From Psammoneis japonica (taxonomy: Eukaryota), in assembly GCA_008632985.1 (NCBI GenBank), contig QPGO01000192.1:62001-126000 (forward strand): 64,000 nt of DNA, read 5' to 3'. Numbering within the stretch: the stretch's first letter is position 1; every line of letters begins with the position of its first letter. The notes under the pieces were generated by a model. It worked only from the letters and a program-made list of their open reading frames with translations, did not search any database and had not been told where the DNA came from. Shown here piece after piece: positions 23,401-34,065 of this stretch. The translations under genes and the position numbers were made by a program.

Positions 23401-23433
23401 GGAAGGATTACAGCTGTTGACCAGCAAATTTAG
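20422..23433 (+). CDS. Crinkler/RHS-like protein: coiled-coil + PD-(D/E)xK REase-like domain + protein kinase + Cys-rich tail
   Basis: Intact intronless ORF; heptad repeats AEIAERK; 'RRCDIAVW...TFEIK'; kinase motifs GVGTFG, VVK, HRDVNDTNIL, LIDF, GT; C-terminal CGCKKTQCRGGRCSC..CACC. Confidence 0.8.
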   Translation: MNENFGPVTPQRANGRPINAVSGHKRNAEAAILDDAQLCASPGAQPRSPGMTDLIHYERKRSQDEATNAAPHFESDSSSARRESGFSGGVDEASSVQRDSVDGVALTEEFSTPLVGKHGHYWWTRYRAVLNADNWSKLANELKVTPHMRDVVVPEPPPFIEERATIDEVPLPGAAVNESFDEDALLTTDNLSSDDKVFYDSLPNEEMKNYYLRGKLRATIEERKAEIAERKAEIAERKAEIAEHQRKVAERKAERELHQRKIEKHLVEITVVATSVETSLLALSSLSQAEGTVARDTKDAEETLKKRRMKESQAEEFVKDADPIVQEPASLSETYNSVLENEREFSSTFDRESLKHFDDEKQNPLLRLSNAYAAAVKSTANFTKRQELHGDLEGYKMRIEKTVNKLQTEFKKARENSEHDPSFEADLVFPGPTSQEVHGVQPVFKALLEAIGDCCQVAYDGKTHPSSPPNIGVSEQKELYGNEKRRGRRCDIAVWKRGRHVVALLDGFMEVTFEIKPGQRIDKTVLDMLCEGKFQGLSHVAKALLHCLRFADGAGVPSHATSITGSLSHVEIIQLCVVDPGKPTSRVELRSSGPLPLLPKDCFRKWFDSDNSRHSEAVDTMANLLYGKDDNGMDEKGIPLGIKGLYTMMMCPRRELIGPNWEKVSGSLGELLGVGTFGMVFAVNGSDDAVVKLSKTSLSRYIKREAAILKLLSSCDDRPNSVGLPHFIACGLMEVNVGGVAFQLPALAMQPRCQNIYSVCSGWSDEKRFSVLKKIHNGILSALCFIHKQHNICHRDVNDTNILLRYHTETDEWSAVLIDFSVAGPMYENVKGFVGTPTFTHREVHKNSEWISAPQYDDTNLGFTLVVILEGGVVPWKGLSDKGPQKGTDVYDKRIEQANLCLRENVQNKKLDADLAKCIKDLFLKDKEKFRSACGCKKTQCRGGRCSCSNTENGSSILCACCYDKQKAAFSCLGKHNGPQKGSVDDVKFDAPIGRITAVDQQI

Positions 23434-23876
23434 GTCCGCGAACTTTACGGTAGACATACTCGTAGTATAGTGACAATTACAACAAGAACTGCGACATGAC
23501 TCTGTGCCATTGTGACGATCTTATGTCTTCAAAGATGTAATGCTTATTACTATGACTTTTCTCAAGTTGCCTTTGTGCCCTAAATGGGGTAAACTGGTCA
23601 CGCTGTCAGAGACTAGATAGTCACTCGATGTGTTAGTGAATAATTGTTTTCTTCTTGCAGCGCCCCGTTCTGCGAGAAAGTAGAAGTAGCTGATGACACA
23701 GTGCTGCTATCGGCCCGCCGTGGTACTGTCACACGTGTAATTCTAAAATCAACTTTTTCACTAAACCTCCCCACCGACCTTTTGCAGTAATAATAACTGT
23801 ACAAAGAACAGTACAGTACCGGCAAGCCAGGAGAAAAAGCGGTGAAGTCTACTGTATAGCTCCTCTTATTTTTGAT

Positions 23877-24430
23877 CTATTTCTTTTTGTTTCTGCTCTT
23901 GAGCTCTTGAGCTTTCTTCTTGACAGCATTGAGCTGACCCAAAAGAGTATTGGCCTTTACAAATCGGCCCCTGCGATCATGCAGATGTCGTTGCTTGTTG
24001 TTTGCTGTGTGATTGATTAAATGTTTGAAAAGGTGCTCTGGCTCCAAGACAAGGATTCTTTGCAAACCACACGAATACTTGATTGTGCCAACTGAAGACC
24101 TCCGGACCACCACTCTACATTTCGTAAATCTAAACCGTCTTACCCATAGTGTGGTGCATCATACGGTGTTCATGATGATTGTATGGGGTTGCAATCATGC
24201 TTCTCACGCCTTCGGTCAAAACTGGAAGAGCCACATTCATAAGTCTATCTGATCCTCTTGAAGTGGCGCGTCTACCAGTATCATACTCGGAAAGAGTTGT
24301 TACAATGTAGAGTAGGCGGAGTGGACCATCGTCGGCTTGATTTTGTGTTGTGCTCCTCGAGTTTGTGGTGTTTGCACTTGGAGCGACTTGCCCGCATTGA
24401 AGAAGTATCACTGACACAGAAATCCATAGT
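23877..24430 (-). pseudogene. Internally deleted, frameshifted paralog of the 25476-26924 gene
   Basis: 5' part 'LYIVTTLSEYDTGRRATSRGSDRLMNVALPVL' is fused almost directly to 3' part 'NVEWWSGG...HTANNKQR..VKANTLLGQLNAVKKKA'; roughly 0.9 kb of the middle is missing. Confidence 0.88.
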
Positions 24431-25475
24431 CTGAGGAGCACATTTTTCTCAACTAGAGATTTGTGACGTTCCCACCCTGCTGACATGAGTGGTAAGCGAC
24501 AGCGGTTGCGCCGAGCCGTCATCCCATTGCCGAAAACTCTGAGACTCTGAGTTGGAGAGTCCCAGCAGTCCCAAGTCATCAGTCACAGACAGCAATTAGA
24601 GAGTTGCTACTTTAGAGAGTAGCCTACCTTATTACTGTAGCTGCTCTCTAGAGTCATAGCTCTGTGGATCGTCTGATACCTGGTACCGGTAGCGAGCAGG
24701 ATTAACTGTCAACTGTTTGTCGGCGAAGTTATGCAAAGAAACAGGAGCTAGAGAAGGCCGCAAGAGACGCGGCATGGGGTTCTAGCATCCGTGGGTTTGT
24801 ACGAAAAGCCTGGCATGACAAGTGCTTGTCAGACTCCGTTTTGCAAAATTAGGACTGATCACAGGCAACAGCGCTGAAGCAGAGGAGTCGCGAGGCTCGT
24901 GAAATTGATTTCCCTTTCATCACGGGCATTGGCACACTGTCCCACCGCACCAAATACTCCATGCTCATGCTTCATCCCTTGCGATACACCTACAGGTATG
25001 ATCCCAAAAGTAGAAACTGAGAACATTTCTCAAGGTGAGCTTGATACATCAAACCGGTCTCAGGTCAGAAAACTAGCACGTTGAAATTGATCCGCTGGAT
25101 GTTGTCATTCGCCAGAGGTGCTTGATGCTTGTTCTGTACAGTACGTCGTGCCAGTGGTTTCAGTTTTACTCCTTCTTCTGCCCTGCAAGAACTCTGAAAG
25201 CACCATCTCGCCACACCTCCTCTCCGACATGATTTGCATCATGAACAGGCGAACCAAAGCGCTTGGCAGGTTTTCACCAACCTCCTTTCAAGAGAGTCAA
25301 ACTTAAAAGACGTTCTTTTCCGTCAAGCGTCTTTGTGATTTGGGTTGACAGCAACAACGCAATTCTGCAACTCAGTAGTGTGTTGCTCCCGCACGAATCT
25401 CTAGTGGTTGCAATATGTTCGTTCGAAGGATCTGTCGTCGCGCAAACGTTGGTAGCGCGCCTTGTTCGGATATGC

Positions 25476-26924
25476 TCATTTTTGTGCCTGTTCCTTCAAT
25501 TTTTGTTCCTCGGCCTTCTTCTTTACAGCATTCAATTGACCCAACAGAGTATTGGCCTTGACAAATCTATACTTTCGGTCCTGTAACTGCCTTTGCTTGT
25601 TATTCGCCGTATGGTATATCAAATGTTTGGAAAAGTGCTCCGGCTCCAAGAGAAGGATTCTTTGTAAGCCACACGAGTTCTTTGATTGTGCCAACTGAAG
25701 TCCACCGGACCACCACTCTACATTTCGATAATCCAACCCGTCATGGTTGTAATGCGGCGGGTTGTATGGGGGGAGAAAGCCTCCAAAACATTCTTCAGTG
25801 TGCCATCTCCATATTTGGTCTCGACTAGCCATCCAACCACCTTGGTTGTTTATAAACTTTGGCGTATCACTCTGTGGCCTTTTTTCGAGTTCTGGAAAGG
25901 CTTTGCCTGCCCAGTAGTCTCGCATGATTTTGTCTCGCTCAATCTCCATCAAATGTGGGCCGGTCTGAAAGGCAACCCAATCAAGCCACGATGGCTTGGG
26001 CATTTCTCTGACACCCAACGCAATGATATCTGTCTCCCACAAAAAGATCTTGTCAGATTCTGAGCGTTCTGGTAAATGCGGTTTTGTAGTGATATTCGAC
26101 ACGTGGCAGCATGTTTTAGGACTGACACGCTTTGAAACAAGTGTGCCATTCGCAGTAAAATTCAAATCGACTGGTACTGGTGCTAGTTGGTCTTGTGTAC
26201 CATACTTTGCTTCATCCAAGAGCGATTCGACACGAATAAAGCCAGGGATCAAGCGACCCAGTTGTTGTTTCCGCATTGGCCCGTAAAACACTCGGTCGAC
26301 ATTCCACTTGGCACCTCCGGGAGGTGCGGGTTCGCCTGAGGCCTCCTCTCGCAGTCTTGCAATTTCGTTGCTTACTTTCATAAAGTGTGCTACATGCTCT
26401 CCCTTAATGAGCATGTCATCTTCAAACGCCACAAAGAAATCGTAATCCAGAAACTTGTCCTTGACGACAAATCGATGCTGACGTGCCAACGCTCGAGATA
26501 GCGGTACCACCCTCTCGTTATTTCGTCCCCAATCTCGCGCCAATGGCATTGCATCGTTCCACACTTCCAATCCTACAGTGGGTGGAAGTTGTTCTCGAAT
26601 GATTGCAAGTCGTTCTGGTTTCAGAGTATATCCGAGGACCATGTAGACATCGACATGATAATTGTATGGGTGTGCAATCATGCTTCTCACGCCCTCACTT
26701 AAAACGGGTAAAGCCACATTCATAAGCCTATCCGACCCTCGACGCGTTGCGCGTCTACCTGTATCGTACTCGGCAAGGGTTGTTACAATGTAGAGTATGC
26801 GCATGGAACTCCAGGTCGGTTCTCGCTGGAAAGTACTGGTAGAGTTTGTGGCGTTGGTGAAAGAAGCGACTTGCTGAAACTGAAGAAGTATCACAAAGAG
26901 AAAAGCACAAAGGAAGGCTTGCAT
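25476..26924 (-). CDS. Secretory-pathway protein, putative glycosyltransferase
   Basis: Intact ~482-aa ORF from MQAFL; N-terminal signal/anchor; 'DFFVAFEDD' DxD-like motif typical of GT-A fold enzymes. Confidence 0.7.
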   Translation of the reverse strand: MQAFLCAFLFVILLQFQQVASFTNATNSTSTFQREPTWSSMRILYIVTTLAEYDTGRRATRRGSDRLMNVALPVLSEGVRSMIAHPYNYHVDVYMVLGYTLKPERLAIIREQLPPTVGLEVWNDAMPLARDWGRNNERVVPLSRALARQHRFVVKDKFLDYDFFVAFEDDMLIKGEHVAHFMKVSNEIARLREEASGEPAPPGGAKWNVDRVFYGPMRKQQLGRLIPGFIRVESLLDEAKYGTQDQLAPVPVDLNFTANGTLVSKRVSPKTCCHVSNITTKPHLPERSESDKIFLWETDIIALGVREMPKPSWLDWVAFQTGPHLMEIERDKIMRDYWAGKAFPELEKRPQSDTPKFINNQGGWMASRDQIWRWHTEECFGGFLPPYNPPHYNHDGLDYRNVEWWSGGLQLAQSKNSCGLQRILLLEPEHFSKHLIYHTANNKQRQLQDRKYRFVKANTLLGQLNAVKKKAEEQKLKEQAQK

Positions 26925-28140
26925 AGTGTTTCCTATTAGAAATGCGCAACTTGTATCAACCAATAGCATAGTGCGGAAGGAACGCCATTGTCAACAAGTC
27001 AAAACACAGAATCAATCATCCTCCGCCCTCGGCCCTCGCCCCTCGCCGCTCATCTGCTCGCGCTCGCTGCGCTGCGCTCGCCCAAATTTATCATTACGGT
27101 ATGCTAAAACTGGATATATATTTTTTAATAATTATCACAGCACAACAGCCTAAAGTAGAGGCTGAGCCCTGTGCGTTGTTGACCGCACGCCACGGCGATG
27201 GTCGCACTGCGTCGGTAGGCCTAGTTGAACCGGATGTTGCTCCTCTCTACTCTCTAGAGCTAGCTACTCTAGTAGTCGTAGTAGAGTAATAAGAGATCAA
27301 AGCTACTTTACTGTAGAGCTAGTCGCACCAACCGGCTCCCCGCTAGAGTTGCGAGTCGTCGTCGTCTCTAGCTACTAGCGGGGTAACACTTAGTAGAGCC
27401 TGAGCTTCACCAGAGTCATCATAACTGTGTAGACTGTAGATCGAATATTGTACCTCTATGGATACGGGATTACACTACTGTACTACCTGAGGAAATAAAC
27501 TGAAGGGAAAAGAAGAATTCTTGATCCGGACGGATTATCTTGGCGCCAAGAAAAGCCAGTGTTTTCGGATCTGGTGTTGGGATTCCAAAGTGTCTCAGCC
27601 CTATGACTTATGTCCTCGATATGTCGTACGAGAAAATATCCATTCTACGAAAGGTCGACGAAAATGCGCTTTTAAGTAAGAGTGTGGGAAAGACCCTCAC
27701 AACAGAACAACTTATGCCAGTTCCGGATCAGATCGCATAATCGTACACAACATTTATGTAGAAACTTCCTACACTCGATTCGATACAACATCACATCATC
27801 CCTACTCTAGCATTCGTAAATTATTAGAGCTAGTAGAGAGTATGGGAGTGCCCCAATCATGTTGGTTGAAATAAATGTTAGCAAAATTCTGGTCATTGGT
27901 TCATAAGACGAATGGTTCGATCTCCGAGAAATGCCACGGTCCCAAAATTCGTTAAATGGAAAAAGGGGAGAAGATCATTCTCCCGTAGAATTTTACGACT
28001 CACATTCGTTAAGACATTTTTCTCCTCCCATTGCCTCTCACAAAACAAAAAACAAGAATCGAGCCACAAACAGCTCGTTCGGCGAAGCATCCGTCAAATC
28101 TCACAAAAAGAGGCTCGAGTCAAATCTTGAGTGAGACAAG

Positions 28141-31100
28141 ATGAAAGTCGTTTGCAAGGGAGTTTCTCTCCTTCTTGCTCTTGCCTTCTGTGAGGCGTCA
28201 GGTAAGTGCAAACATTCCTGTAGTTAATCATGCTTGGACGACAGAGCTAACGAACCCTGCATTTCCTGCTATCCGATGCTCTTCATCAGACCTCACGACG
28301 GATTCGGGACCGAACGGTGGTACTAGTACCTTCCCAAACGTAAGAAAACGTGTGAAGTCTTCCGATCCTCGGTGTGGTCTTTCCTGTCTTGTTGGCCTCA
28401 CAACTTCCACTCTCTCCTGCCCCTTTTCGCGTGTTGGTCTCACAACTTCCACTCTCTCCTGCCCCTTTTCTGCTCGAACGCCAATCAGTACTACGATTAC
28501 TATAGTCCCACAGGAGCGTGTTGTGAATTTAAAGGCAGGCGGCCCACATGTTCTGTCATACAGCAAAGCGAGTGCCGAGGTCGGGGCGGTCACTATGTTG
28601 GAGACGGAAGCAATTGCAGACGTAACAGGTGTGCAAGCGTACCGCGTCCCACGCCAGCTCCGACGCCGCGTCCTACTCCTACGATGCTTGATAAGAGGCA
28701 GGGCGCATGCTGCTTGAAGTTCAGGTAAGTTTTGTCCAAAAGTGAACATGAACCAATGCTTCTCTATTAAATTTGCATTACCACGTCGCTTTGTACAAAT
28801 AACTGCCTTTTGGTTCTACAGAAACCGATGCGTCATTACGTCAGAGGCCTCGTGCAAACTTAAGTACGGAATTTACCACGGGGATGAAACGGTAAGAGTA
28901 GTTGCAATTGTGAGACCAGCACAAGATGTACGAATATATCAGGTGTTAAACCCACTTTTTGTTCTTACCTCGAATTGTACAGACCTGCATCCGAGGTGGG
29001 TGTGCGAATCGAGGAGCATGCTGCTTGCCTTCAGGTGAATGTCTTCCCTTTCAAAAGAAAAACGAGTGCCGAAAGTGGCTAGGTGGAGCATTCCAAGGCA
29101 TCGGCTCAACTTGTCAAGATGATGGGGCGTGCGGCGCGACTCCAACCACCGCGCCCGTTCCGACCCCGTCTCCGACTCCTCTACTAGACGAAAGAGAGGG
29201 AGCTTGTTGCTTGCCGTTCGGAAGCAACAAATGTTTAGTTCTTCCGAGGAAGACTGCGCCAAGGAACGAGGCGGATACAGAGGAGATGATACGTCGTGCG
29301 CTACCACTACTTGTCCACGTCTCGGAGCTTGTTGCAGTGATGGCGGATGTACCAGGACTACTCCGTTTAAATGCAACAATGGAGACTATCAGGGTCGCGG
29401 TACCGAATGCAGAGACGACGACGGCCTACCCATTTGTCCAACACCTTCTCCTACCCCGTCTCCCACTGCCTCTCCCACGGAACGCACCAGAGAAGGAGCT
29501 TGTTGCTTGCCGTTCGGAAGCAAAAAATGTTTAGTTCTTTCCGAGGAAGACTGCGCCAAGGAAGGAGGCGCATACAGAGGAGATGATACGTCGTGCGCTA
29601 CCACAACTTGTCCAAGACTCGGAGCTTGCTGCAGTGATGGCGGTTGCACCAGGACTACTCCGTTTGCATGCAACAATGGAGACTATCAGGGTCGCGGTAC
29701 CGAATGCAGAGATGACGACGGCATACCCATTTGTCCAACACCTTCTCCTACCCCGTCTCCCACTGCCTCTCCTACGGAACGCACCAGAGAAGGAGCTTGT
29801 TGCTTGCCGTTCGGAAGCAACAAATGTTTAGTGCTTTCCGAGGAAGACTGCGCCAAGGAAGGAGGCGCATACCGAGGAGATGATACGTCATGCGCTACCA
29901 CAACTTGTCCAAGACTAGGAGCTTGCTGCAGTGATGGCGGTTGCACCAGGACTACTCCGTTTGGATGCAACAATGGAGACTATCAGGGTCGCGGTACCGA
30001 ATGCAGAGACGACGATGGCCTACCCATTTGTCCAACACCTTCTCCTACCCCGTCTCCCACTGCCTCTCCTACAGAACGCACCAGAGAAGGAGCTTGCTGC
30101 TTGCCGTTCGGAAGCAACAAGTGTTTAGTTCTATCCGAGGAAGACTGCGCCAACGAAGGAGGCGCATACCGAGGAGATGATACGTCGTGCGCTACCACAA
30201 CTTGTCCAAGACTCGGAGCTTGTTGCAGTGATGGCGGTTGCACTAGGACTACTCCGTTTGGATGCAACAATGGAGACTATCAGGGTCGCGGTACCGAATG
30301 CAGAGACGACGGCGGCCTACCCATTTGTCCAACACCATCTCCTACCCCGTCTCCCACTGCCTCTCCTACGGAACGCACCCGAGAAGGAGCTTGCTGCTTG
30401 CCGTTCGGAAGCAACAAATGTTTAGTGCTTTCCGAGGAAGACTGTGCCAATGAAGGAGGCGCATACCGAGGAGATGATACGTCGTGCGCTACCACAACTT
30501 GTCCAAGACTCGGAGCTTGCTGCAGTGATGGCGGCTGTACCAGGACTACTCCGTTTGGATGCAACAATGGCGACTATAAGGGTCGCGGTACCGAATGCAA
30601 AGATGATGACGGCTTGCCCATTTGTCCAACACCTTCTCCCACCCCGTCTCCCACTGCCTCTCCTACGGAGCGCACCAGAGAAGGAGCTTGCTGCTTGCCG
30701 TTCGGAAGCAACAAATGTTTAGTTCTTTCCGAGGAAGACTGTGCCAATGAAGGAGGCGGATACCGAGGAGATGATACGTCGTGCGCTACCACAACTTGTC
30801 CAAGAGTCGGAGCTTGCTGCAGTGATGGCGGCTGTACCAGGACTACTCCGTTTGGATGCAACAATGGAGACTATAAGGGTCGCGGTACCGAATGCAGAGA
30901 TAATGATGGCTTACCCATTTGTCCAACACCTTCTCCCACCCCGTCTCCAACTGCCTCTCCTACGGAACGCACCCGAGAAGGAGCTTGCTGCTTGCCGTTC
31001 GGAAGCAACAAATGTTTAGTTCTTTCCGAGGAAGACTGTGCCAAGAAAGGAGGCGGATACCGAGGAGATGATACGTCGTGCGCTACCACAAATTGTCCAA

Positions 31101-31525
31101 GACTCGGAGCTTGCTGCAGTGATGGCGGTTGTACCAGGACTACTCCGTTTAAATGCAACAATGGAGACTATCAGGGTCGCGGTACCGAATGCCGAGACGA
31201 CGACGGCCTACCCATTTGTCCAACACCTTCTCCTACCCCGTCTCCGACCCCAAGCCCAACGGTTGAAGTGGGACGTTGTTGCCTTACCAACGGCGACTGT
31301 GCTGTAACCACCCCTGATAAATGCAATGATAAGTTCGGTGTGTACCAAGGAGCTGGGTCCACGTGTGACATTGACGATAAGCGTTGCAGCGATAAAGGAA
31401 GCTGCTGCATCGGTTTCTATCCCTTCTGCATTGACGTTAACGTTGCGGTCTGCAAGAAGAAACGCGGTGACTTCAGGGAAGATACCGTATGCTTTGATAC
31501 CCGTTGGTGTCCTGGTGAGACCTAG
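28141..31525 (+). CDS. Secreted Cys-rich 'GACC'-repeat protein with PT/PS linkers; exons 28141-28201, 28290-28339, 28489-28724, 28822-28891, 28983-31525 (1-nt frameshift at ~29242)
   Basis: Signal peptide MKVVCKGVSLLLALAFCEA; four GTAAG..AG introns preserve frame; repeated GACC..C..C..GG.Y.G...C modules. Confidence 0.85.
28390..28470. repeat. 42-bp tandem duplication in intron 2
   Basis: GTTGG(C/T)CTCACAACTTCCACTCTCTCCTGCCCCTTTTC at 28391 and 28433. Confidence 0.85.
29195..31255 (+). repeat. Coding tandem repeat, 297 bp (99 aa) x ~7
   Basis: GGAGCTTG(T/C)TGCTTGCCGTTCGG at 29199, 29495, 29792, 30089, 30386, 30683, 30980; the first period is 296. Confidence 0.95.
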
Positions 31526-32149
31526 GCTCGGCGTCCGAGATCCCATTGATTGTGCTCGTATTACGTATTTTAGCGAGGTGTGTGGCTCGAGGTCAAGTCA
31601 GCCAGCAATAAATTGAGTGCCACCATGATACCTCTGTATTACTTTAGATTCCCGATACCCGAAGGAAGAAGCAAACGGGGCTTGGGTCCATTAAAAAGAA
31701 AAATAGTGTCCATGTTCTGTGAATCTTGCGCAAGATTGTGTGTAGTGAGTAGTAGCGTCGAATCGATCAATCTCAAATCCCTCGTATTTCATGAGTCTCG
31801 CTGAAATTTCCCCGAGCTCTGAAATAATCCTCTCATGACAAAAGCTTGCGTAACATTCTTAAAAGCTGTCAGAATGTGGAGGAGATAAACACGTCGAGCT
31901 ATGAGCTATCTATTGCTGTCGAACGCATCCTCCATCATGCCTTGAAATAACGCGGCTTGATGCTTGATCGGCGACGGGGATAAAAAAAACTCGACTCGTT
32001 CGACTAGAAATTGAGATTGTGCCATGGTCGAGAGAGCACCATGAGAAACGGGTCATCCTCTGCTGTTTTTAACTGTTTCATAACCTTGAGATAAACAACT
32101 AATTTTGCAGCCAAAATGTGAATCTTCCCAACAAATGCAATCTGATTTT

Positions 32150-33560
32150 CCACCTTGGCCCTTGACCGCTGAGGCTCGCCAACTGAGTGCAGAAAAAGGC
32201 AAATTTCTTCTGACTTTTGCACAGTGTCAGAACTGCAAACAACGCCATCAGGAGTGCCAGTCTCCTTCATGCTGAGCATGTTGAGAGCCTGTGGGATTTC
32301 AGATCAAGCCTTGTTGGTGCAACACAGACAAAAGCCCTTGTCTCCAGCATCACAAACAGCTCTTAAGTGCACTGACACCCACACAAGGAGCAGAGACTTG
32401 CCAGCCTTCTTGGTTCTTGCCAAGAAGGTGTCCACAAAGAAGTGCTGGTCAATCTGCTGGCATTGCATCATCTGATCATTTGTTGAGCTGTTGCGTGACA
32501 GTGTTCATGAAGAAGAGCTCAGGAGACACACCTCTTTTGGGCTTGGATGCAGTCAACCCCCCTCCCCACTGCAAGGCTCAAGTTGAGCTCAAAGCACTCC
32601 ATCAGATCATCCACAATGTCATCAAGAAGTGGGTCATCTTCAAAAAGTTCATCACAGTTGAATGTGGCTCTCCATCCAGCAGTGTGTCTCAGGGTCTGGA
32701 GCAGTTGTGGAGCCAACCGATGCTGCAAAAACACCACAGCATCATGACAGCACCACAAGGACCCAGCAAGTTCAGTGGGTTCAAGAGTGGCAGAGAGATG
32801 TCAGGTGAGTTTGCATGCAAAAAGTCTGCCTCCCAAATTGCTCCCTTGCATCCACACAAATTGTTGTGCTCTCATAAAGTGGCTGACAACAGACAACTTG
32901 TGTCAACAGCATGTGATGCTCAACACTTGACATGACAGAGGAGAGCTGCAGCTCCTCATCCTCATCAGGCAGATCCGAGATCCCAGTCTGGCCATTGTGG
33001 TTGGCAACACCGCCTTCCCAGCTCAGCATGCTCTCCTCATTGCAAGTGCATGGCTCAATGGAGAGCAGATTCCAAGCATGCGTTGACAGAGTTGTGGGAC
33101 CAGCACACCATGGCATCCACCTTGTGCAACTCATGATTGGCAGTTGCCAGCACAGCAACAATGGAGTCTCCAGACCCTCACATCTGGGAACCAAACAGAG
33201 TGGTTCTCCTCATCATCCATCAGCTTTCATCCCCTTGAATCTGAACCTCATGGATGGACATCATTGTTGGCTGTCCCTGAATCATGCAGTGCAAACAATG
33301 GAAGTGCATTGTGCTGCACTGCAGGAATGTGTGGCAGGTTGTGAAAAACCAGCAGCAGGTGTGTCTTTGCTGAGCAAGGACAGTTGCAGACAAAAATGAC
33401 CACCACATCCTTCATGGACTCACAGCCAGGGCTGGGTGGGTTGACTTTAGCCATTTGTTTTGCATCACTCAGAGCATGCACATCTTTGCCCACAATGACC
33501 ATGCTGGCATGCAAGTCAAGTTTCTCTGTCTTGTTGCTTGTGTCCATCATTGCATGTTGC
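32150..33560 (-). mobile_element. Truncated, mutated Copia (CoDi-type) fragment: protease to N-terminal integrase
   Basis: 'KLDLHASMVIVG' (PR, ~33520); 'TNDQMMQCQQIDQHFFVDTF..KKAGKS' and 'DKGF..KETGTPDGVVC' resemble the diatom Copia integrase start. Confidence 0.8.
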
Positions 33561-34065
33561 ACCTAACTTCGCATCAGAGACCATGCACTCGGAGATGACT
33601 CCTTTTAAAACAGAGACAAGTTGTGAGCCAATGAATGCAATTCCTCAGCACAGAATGGACAGTGGCTCCCCTCGAGCAAAGAGACAGGAGATTCCAGGGT
33701 TTTCCCTCCACATCACTCAACCTTGCCAGAGCCCAGTCACTCGTGGTGCCAACACGCCAAAGGATCACAAGTCTGCCCGCCCAGCGCAGCGGCACTTAAC
33801 AAAACTCGACGTTAAATGAAATTGCTTTGTTCAACGATGAGAGGCCATTTCGATTATTTGTCAGTCAATAGCCCAAAAACTGACATTCTTCGATTTCGGA
33901 CTTTTTCAACTCACAAATCACTAAAATGCGAAGCGTACGACAAGACTAAAGGCAAAACACGAGCCTACAATCAAGTAGACGATAGTCTACATCAGCAAGA
34001 GTGATACAACCCAAAAAGTCTACAAATAGATTCAGCAACATACCGTACGACCGTGGAACAAAGGA

